This document shows, piece by piece, positions 59,634-64,000 of a stretch of 64,000 nucleotides of DNA; position 1 is the stretch's first letter, and each line of letters begins with the position of its first letter. Source of the stretch: a virus. Position numbers and translations under genes: made by a program. The notes below the pieces were generated by a model. It saw only the letters and a program-made list of their open reading frames with translations. It was not told where the DNA came from and made no database searches. The stretch is from IMG/VR virus record IMGVR_UViG_3300025687_000001, positions 96,862 to 160,861 of that record; one strand, written 5' to 3'.

Positions 59634-59951
59634 TCAGAAGGAGGACACTATATCTGACAAGCCCCACCCAAACTGCCCCCAAGGAGACTTCGCCTCATGG
59701 ATAGTTCTCCCAGATAGGCCAGCAAGCCTAGACAGCCCATACCCGGCTCCCGCGCCGATAGCTCCCCCCGCTAAACCTCGCCCCAGGGCTTCCCCAGGAC
59801 TATCCGCAGAGGCTACCCCCACGCTAGCGCCTAGGCCACCCCCTAACACAGGGACAACGGCGTTAGGGTTGCGTAGGAAGTTACCCACCCCGGCCTCCTT
59901 CAGTGCCATAGCGCATCCGGCCTCGTAGGCCTGCTTTAGGAAGTCATTCAT
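59634..59951 (-). CDS. Leader-family glycine-zipper protein 5
   Basis: MNDFLKQAYEAGCAMALKEAG; ATGA overlap with the upstream gene. Confidence 0.75.
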   Translation of the reverse strand: MNDFLKQAYEAGCAMALKEAGVGNFLRNPNAVVPVLGGGLGASVGVASADSPGEALGRGLAGGAIGAGAGYGLSRLAGLSGRTIHEAKSPWGQFGWGLSDIVSSF

Positions 59952-60424
59952 ATGTGGTACCACCCCCGCCAAAGGGGCGACCTAATGAATCCGCTAGCAG
60001 CCATGTTAGACGCGATCTTCATCTGCGAGACATGAGCCCGGAACTCCTGCTTGAGAGACCCCGCTAGCTGCAGGTACTGACCGTACTTGTCATCAATGCC
60101 CACGGGCTGGATGTTGCCGTCCTGGTAGCTGGCCTGGTTGCGCAGCTGACGGAAGGCCTCGCTCTGCATGAGGTAGTGAGCGGCCCCCGTTAGAAGCACA
60201 TACTTGTTAGGGAACGTAGCAGAAGTCCAGTTAGTGGCGCGATCCACAACATTGGCAATGTCCACAGCGCGGTCGATGGCGGTAGCGAGCTCAGTGTCAG
60301 AGAACTCTACGTCATCGAGCAGGGGGTTGTGGCCAGTGTAGTCCCGCAGAAAGTCACGCACCTCTGTTGTCGAGATGATTCCCGCGGGTGCTGGTGACGC
60401 TACTGGAGTTGCTACTACTGGCAT
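59948..60424 (-). CDS. Probable head-tail adaptor (neck) protein
   Basis: EVRDFLRD...NPLLDDVEFSDTEL, helical, RNQASYQDG; position in the neck module. Confidence 0.65.
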   Translation of the reverse strand: MPVVATPVASPAPAGIISTTEVRDFLRDYTGHNPLLDDVEFSDTELATAIDRAVDIANVVDRATNWTSATFPNKYVLLTGAAHYLMQSEAFRQLRNQASYQDGNIQPVGIDDKYGQYLQLAGSLKQEFRAHVSQMKIASNMAASGFIRSPLWRGWYHI

Positions 60425-60427
60425 TGG

Positions 60428-61357
60428 TTACACTAAGACTTCCTGAGCGTCAGGCCCGTAGGACCCCTGCTTCTCAAAAACAATGGTGTAGGTGTTGCCC
60501 GTGGGCAAGTACACCGGCACAGCCCAACGGCCATTGTTGTCTGTGTAAGTAATAGCCTGCACCAGGCTCAGGTTACCAGCGTCGTAGTCGGCCTTCTTGT
60601 ACGCGCGTATGGTAGCGCCAGCAACGGGGTCACCGCCCGCAGTGACGTAGCGTAAGTTGTCTGCGTCGCCGCCTGTGTTGTGGTTGATCGCGGTTTCCCC
60701 GAGGCCAACGCCAGTGATGACCTGGTTGTCCTCAACGAGAGCAGTGTACTCCTGGACCGCCTCGGTCTCCAGGACGCCAACCTTCTCTCTAGACTGGATG
60801 ACGTAGATGCCATCCGGGAAGTTGCTGAGGTTGATGGCCCACGAGTAGTTCTCGGCTACGCCTTCAGCGAAGGCCACGCGGAACGTTGCTCTCGTGGCTT
60901 CCGGGTCTGAGACGATATCAAACGCAGCGAAGTCATTGGTGGCAGGGCGCCAGTACTCTCCAGACTCCTGGCGCTTGATGTACGAGAAGAGAGTCTTGCC
61001 TGTGGCGTAGACCAGGTTGGCTTCAAGCTGGGACTCGACTTCATTGCCGTTGTCGATGACAGTGCTAGTGGTCCCAAACGGCCCGTACTCTGTACCCCCA
61101 GACAGCTCGTAGCTGTTGTAGGTGTAGGTACCGTCTGTCCAGTCGGAGGCGTCTAGGGACCAGTCGTAACTGGTGTCAGCATTGTCGGTGAAGTCCACCC
61201 GAAACGGGTCTCGAGTGGCCTCGTTAGCAGTAGCGGGGTCGAATACCTGGAACTGCTCGTCTACTGTATGCCAGTAGCGACCGTCAGAGTCTCTGCGCAC
61301 AAACGAGAAGAGTGCGCGCCCGACAGGACGGTTAGTCGTTGCTGTCAGTAGGCCCAT
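60428..61357 (-). CDS. Structural protein with two internal repeats and a C-terminal Ig-like domain
   Basis: Duplicated G(R/K).LFS..R..G.YW...F..FD...EATR..FRV.F unit; PVAGATIRAY...TDNNGRW C-terminus. Confidence 0.6.
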   Translation of the reverse strand: MGLLTATTNRPVGRALFSFVRRDSDGRYWHTVDEQFQVFDPATANEATRDPFRVDFTDNADTSYDWSLDASDWTDGTYTYNSYELSGGTEYGPFGTTSTVIDNGNEVESQLEANLVYATGKTLFSYIKRQESGEYWRPATNDFAAFDIVSDPEATRATFRVAFAEGVAENYSWAINLSNFPDGIYVIQSREKVGVLETEAVQEYTALVEDNQVITGVGLGETAINHNTGGDADNLRYVTAGGDPVAGATIRAYKKADYDAGNLSLVQAITYTDNNGRWAVPVYLPTGNTYTIVFEKQGSYGPDAQEVLV

Positions 61358-61676
61358 CGCCCATTACCTTCTGCTCGAGTAACTGCACTCCCAGGTCAAT
61401 AGTATACGAAGCGGCCGCTCCGGCGAACCCACTAAGCAAGATGGTTGCCGCGTCTTGGGGCTGTAGTAGGGTAGGCGAGGAGCTTAGTCTGTGCAGTACC
61501 AGTACTAGAACTCCAGACCAAAACCCCGTGCAGAAAGAGCAGGACAGCAGTTCATCGAAGAACTTTAGCTTTCTGAGCTGTCGCCTAGGCCACTCAGAGA
61601 GCTTAGCATCCTTAATGCCAAAGGTAGTGCCGTACACGGCAGCGGCCCACAGCAGGAAATCACCTAGAGTGTACAT
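61332..61676 (-). CDS. DUF1360-like membrane protein
   Basis: FFDELLSCSFCTGFW with three TM helices. Confidence 0.65.
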   Translation of the reverse strand: MYTLGDFLLWAAAVYGTTFGIKDAKLSEWPRRQLRKLKFFDELLSCSFCTGFWSGVLVLVLHRLSSSPTLLQPQDAATILLSGFAGAAASYTIDLGVQLLEQKVMGDGPTDSND

Positions 61677-62077
61677 TATCGTCCTTTAGGCTTTGATTGG
61701 CGGTCCGTACGCGGCTCACGCCGCGGCGTAGTAGCTCGGACTTGCTTAGGCGTAGCTCCGCTAATCCTGCAGCAGTTAGTTTCTGCAGACTTTTGAATGA
61801 GCTCCATAGAAGTGGGGGCTTCTGCTGCTACTGCATCTTCAATGAGTGTGCTAGCGGTTTCGATATCACACTCAAAAGATACGTGCAGCACGAAAGCATT
61901 AAGTGCTTCCTGCAGGGTGTGCACTTCATTTAGAAGGCGGGCGTTTACTACTGAGCTGGGGGTGGCCAGGACGCTATGCTGCGCCCGGATAAGCCGCACG
62001 ATCGCGGTACCTAAGGGAAGTTCTTCTTTAGGCCGCTTTCGCTGAACAACCGATGGGTTGGTGGGGTTAGCAGGCAT
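61676..62077 (-). CDS. Hypothetical protein
   Basis: RBS gaagg; coupled to the next gene. Confidence 0.55.
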   Translation of the reverse strand: MPANPTNPSVVQRKRPKEELPLGTAIVRLIRAQHSVLATPSSVVNARLLNEVHTLQEALNAFVLHVSFECDIETASTLIEDAVAAEAPTSMELIQKSAETNCCRISGATPKQVRATTPRREPRTDRQSKPKGR

Positions 62078-62091
62078 TTGACCTTCAAAGT

Positions 62092-62128
62092 TTGAGGGGG
62101 GAGTAGGTTAAGCTTACTCCCCCCTCAA
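62092..62128 (-). terminator. 14-bp perfect hairpin after the fibre gene
   Basis: ttgaggggggagta / tactcccccctcaa. Confidence 0.6.
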
Positions 62129-62147
62129 CTATACCCCTATTTGGCGA

Positions 62148-64000
62148 TTAAGCCAGAACGACGGCCTCGCCAGGCTGGATGAAGACAGCGTCTGCGCCGA
62201 TGGCGTACCCAACCTTCAGAACAACGTCCCCCGCGTCCGAGGGAGCGGTCTGGGTCAGTTCACCTGCGGTGAGGCTGAGGAAGACCTCGCCACCCGCGGT
62301 GAACGCCCCGCCGCCCGAGGGGCCACTGACCTTGCCTGCCACCGCGACGCGGATGTCGTCAGCGGTGTTCTCCGCGGAGGAGTCGAGAGCGAAGCCCACG
62401 AACTTGGAGCTGGCTTCCGCGTCCGCGTCACACAGGTTGACGGTACCCGAGCTATCGATGTAGAGGGCATCACCCACCGCGATGGCTGCGTGCGTCGCCG
62501 GGGTGCTGAAGCGCACACAGACGGGAGCGTCAACCGCGCCGGTGGCCCCAACCGTCAGGGCACCGGAACCGAGGAGGTTGAAGTCCGGGTTGGTGGCGGC
62601 GTTACCAAGAACCACGGCCGCACCGGTGTTGCTGGTATCCACCAGGAAGTAGTTGTTAGTCGACTCCGCGACCTTGAAGGCCTGGCCGGAGTCGTCAACT
62701 ACCGCCATGGAGAACGCACCGCCAGAGGTCAGGGCGATGGAATCCGCGTCCAAGGTGTGCGCACCAACGTTGACGTCAAACGCGCCTGTAGTAGTGATGT
62801 CCACCTCGCCAGCGTTGCCAACCAAGTTGACCCCGCCCGCACCGTCCAGGCTAAGAGCCCCGGCTACGGTCGACCAGGTGGCCGCAGCCGCCGAGGTCAG
62901 CGTCAGCGCTCCCGCGGACGTGGTCAGGCTCGAAGCCGCGTTAGCGGTCAGGGTGGCAGCGCCCCCCGAGAGGGTGAGATCGCCACCGCTGACGTCCAGC
63001 CCGGCGTCAGCGTCCAGGTTGGCGCTGGCAGTGATGACGCTGGCCCCGGAGCCCACGACCATCTCCGCCTCGTGCCCCAACCAGACAATGGAGGTGGACG
63101 AGTCCGCACCAGCGTTGTCCGTGCCGTGGAAGTAGAGGAACGCGTCGAGGTCAACGGCGGAATCGGCTGTGAGGCCGATCTGCATGCTGGCCGAGATGGC
63201 GGTGCCATCATCGTCCATGCCGAACTCGATGACGGGAGCCCCGGTGTCGCCCGCGACGTTGTACATGCTGGCCGAGAAGACCGAGTTGGTCTCCCCAACA
63301 GCGTCGCCCGACTTCAGAACGATGCCCGCGTCCTCCTCCGTGCCCTGCGCGGAGTCGTTGTTGACCGTGAACACCAGAGCGTTGGTGCTGGGAACGCTGA
63401 TCTCGCCAGCGTTGAGCGCCCCATCCTTGGTGATCTGGACGAGCCCAGCGTCGCTGTGGAAGAAGAGCTCCTCGTCCGAGCCATCGACGGCAACGTAAAT
63501 CCGACCGTCGCCATCCGCGGGAGCCCCGGGAGCAGCAATGGCGTCGAAATCCATGTAACCCGAGGACTTCACGTTATCCGAGCTGAGGGTACCAGTGGTG
63601 CTCAGGTTCTCGTTGCCGAAGTCAATCGCGCCACTGGAGTCAGTGATGCTCCCGTTCGCCAGGGTCAGGTTGCCGACCGAAGAACCAGAGGCCAGGGTGG
63701 CGACGCCGGCGCCCAGAGTACCAGTGGTGCTCAGGTTCTCGTCGCCGAAGTCAATCGCGCCACTGGAGTCAGTGATGCTCCCGTTCGCCAGGGTCAGGTT
63801 GCCGACCGAAGAACCAGAGGCCAGGGTGGCGACGCCGGCGCCCAGAGTACCAGTGGTGCTCAGGTTCTCGTCGCCGAAGTCAATCGCGCCACTGGAGTCA
63901 GTGATGCTCCCGTTCGCCAGGGTCAGGTTGCCGACCGAAGAACCAGAGGCCAGGGTGGCGACGCCGGCGCCCAGAGTACCAGTGGTGCTCAGGTTCTCGT
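62148..64000 (-). CDS. Fibre/decoration-like structural protein, truncated at right edge
   Basis: Frame stays open from 63572 to the window end; G/A/T/S-rich beta repeats; C-terminal AIAVGDALYI...VGFAL...G.VFLS..AGELT..AP...VGYAI capsid-cement/fibre-like domain. Confidence 0.75.
   Translation of the reverse strand, partial: ENLSTTGTLGAGVATLASGSSVGNLTLANGSITDSSGAIDFGDENLSTTGTLGAGVATLASGSSVGNLTLANGSITDSSGAIDFGDENLSTTGTLGAGVATLASGSSVGNLTLANGSITDSSGAIDFGNENLSTTGTLSSDNVKSSGYMDFDAIAAPGAPADGDGRIYVAVDGSDEELFFHSDAGLVQITKDGALNAGEISVPSTNALVFTVNNDSAQGTEEDAGIVLKSGDAVGETNSVFSASMYNVAGDTGAPVIEFGMDDDGTAISASMQIGLTADSAVDLDAFLYFHGTDNAGADSSTSIVWLGHEAEMVVGSGASVITASANLDADAGLDVSGGDLTLSGGAATLTANAASSLTTSAGALTLTSAAAATWSTVAGALSLDGAGGVNLVGNAGEVDITTTGAFDVNVGAHTLDADSIALTSGGAFSMAVVDDSGQAFKVAESTNNYFLVDTSNTGAAVVLGNAATNPDFNLLGSGALTVGATGAVDAPVCVRFSTPATHAAIAVGDALYIDSSGTVNLCDADAEASSKFVGFALDSSAENTADDIRVAVAGKVSGPSGGGAFTAGGEVFLSLTAGELTQTAPSDAGDVVLKVGYAIGADAVFIQPGEAVVLA
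63589..64000 (-). repeat. 129-bp (43-aa) near-identical tandem repeats, at least 3.2 copies
   Basis: ctcaggttct recurs at 63601, 63730, 63859 and 63988; unit DENLSTTGTLGAGVATLASGSSVGNLTLANGSITDSSGAIDFG. Confidence 0.95.

Noticed and set aside
47725-62077. Tail genes as a bacterial tailocin/eCIS locus
   Set aside because: Neck/adaptor genes, phage-type accessory genes and the absence of housekeeping genes point to a phage genome.
63589-64000. Repeats as a CRISPR array
   Set aside because: Contiguous in-frame units with no unique spacers.

Overview
GC-rich segment of a large contractile-tailed (myovirus/jumbo-like) bacteriophage genome; no rRNA, tRNA, CRISPR array or integrase was recognised. 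(1) 1-5116, minus strand: an ORF of over 1700 codons that runs off the left edge and is therefore missing from the ORF track. By hand translation it is a string of unrelated domains (minimal PolX, ADP-ribosyltransferase, P-loop stub, GNAT, LigD 3'-phosphoesterase, permuted papain-like peptidase, zincin) separated by K-x-[A/S/G] linkers. (2) 5.2-11.5 kb: a DenV-like glycosylase, a two-component cluster (PAS histidine kinase plus three stand-alone receivers) and an HTH-metallophosphoesterase. (3) 11.5-47.7 kb: mostly short plus-strand ORFs. These include about 30 very diverged paralog-like genes flanking an AT-rich, palindromic, origin-like region (25.1-26.3 kb), promoter-ORF-terminator cassettes with a conserved bipartite promoter, a (CA)20 tract and a candidate ~400-nt structured RNA. 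(4) 47.7-64 kb, minus strand: the neck/tail module (spike, tube, sheath, neck, fibre with 129-bp repeats), interleaved with five small glycine-rich proteins that share an N-terminal leader ending in K-x-A. The strongest novelty candidate is a leader plus K-x-A system for packaging and processing virion cargo, followed by the phage two-component cluster and the paralog array. All calls are by-eye motif recognition, with no database searches.
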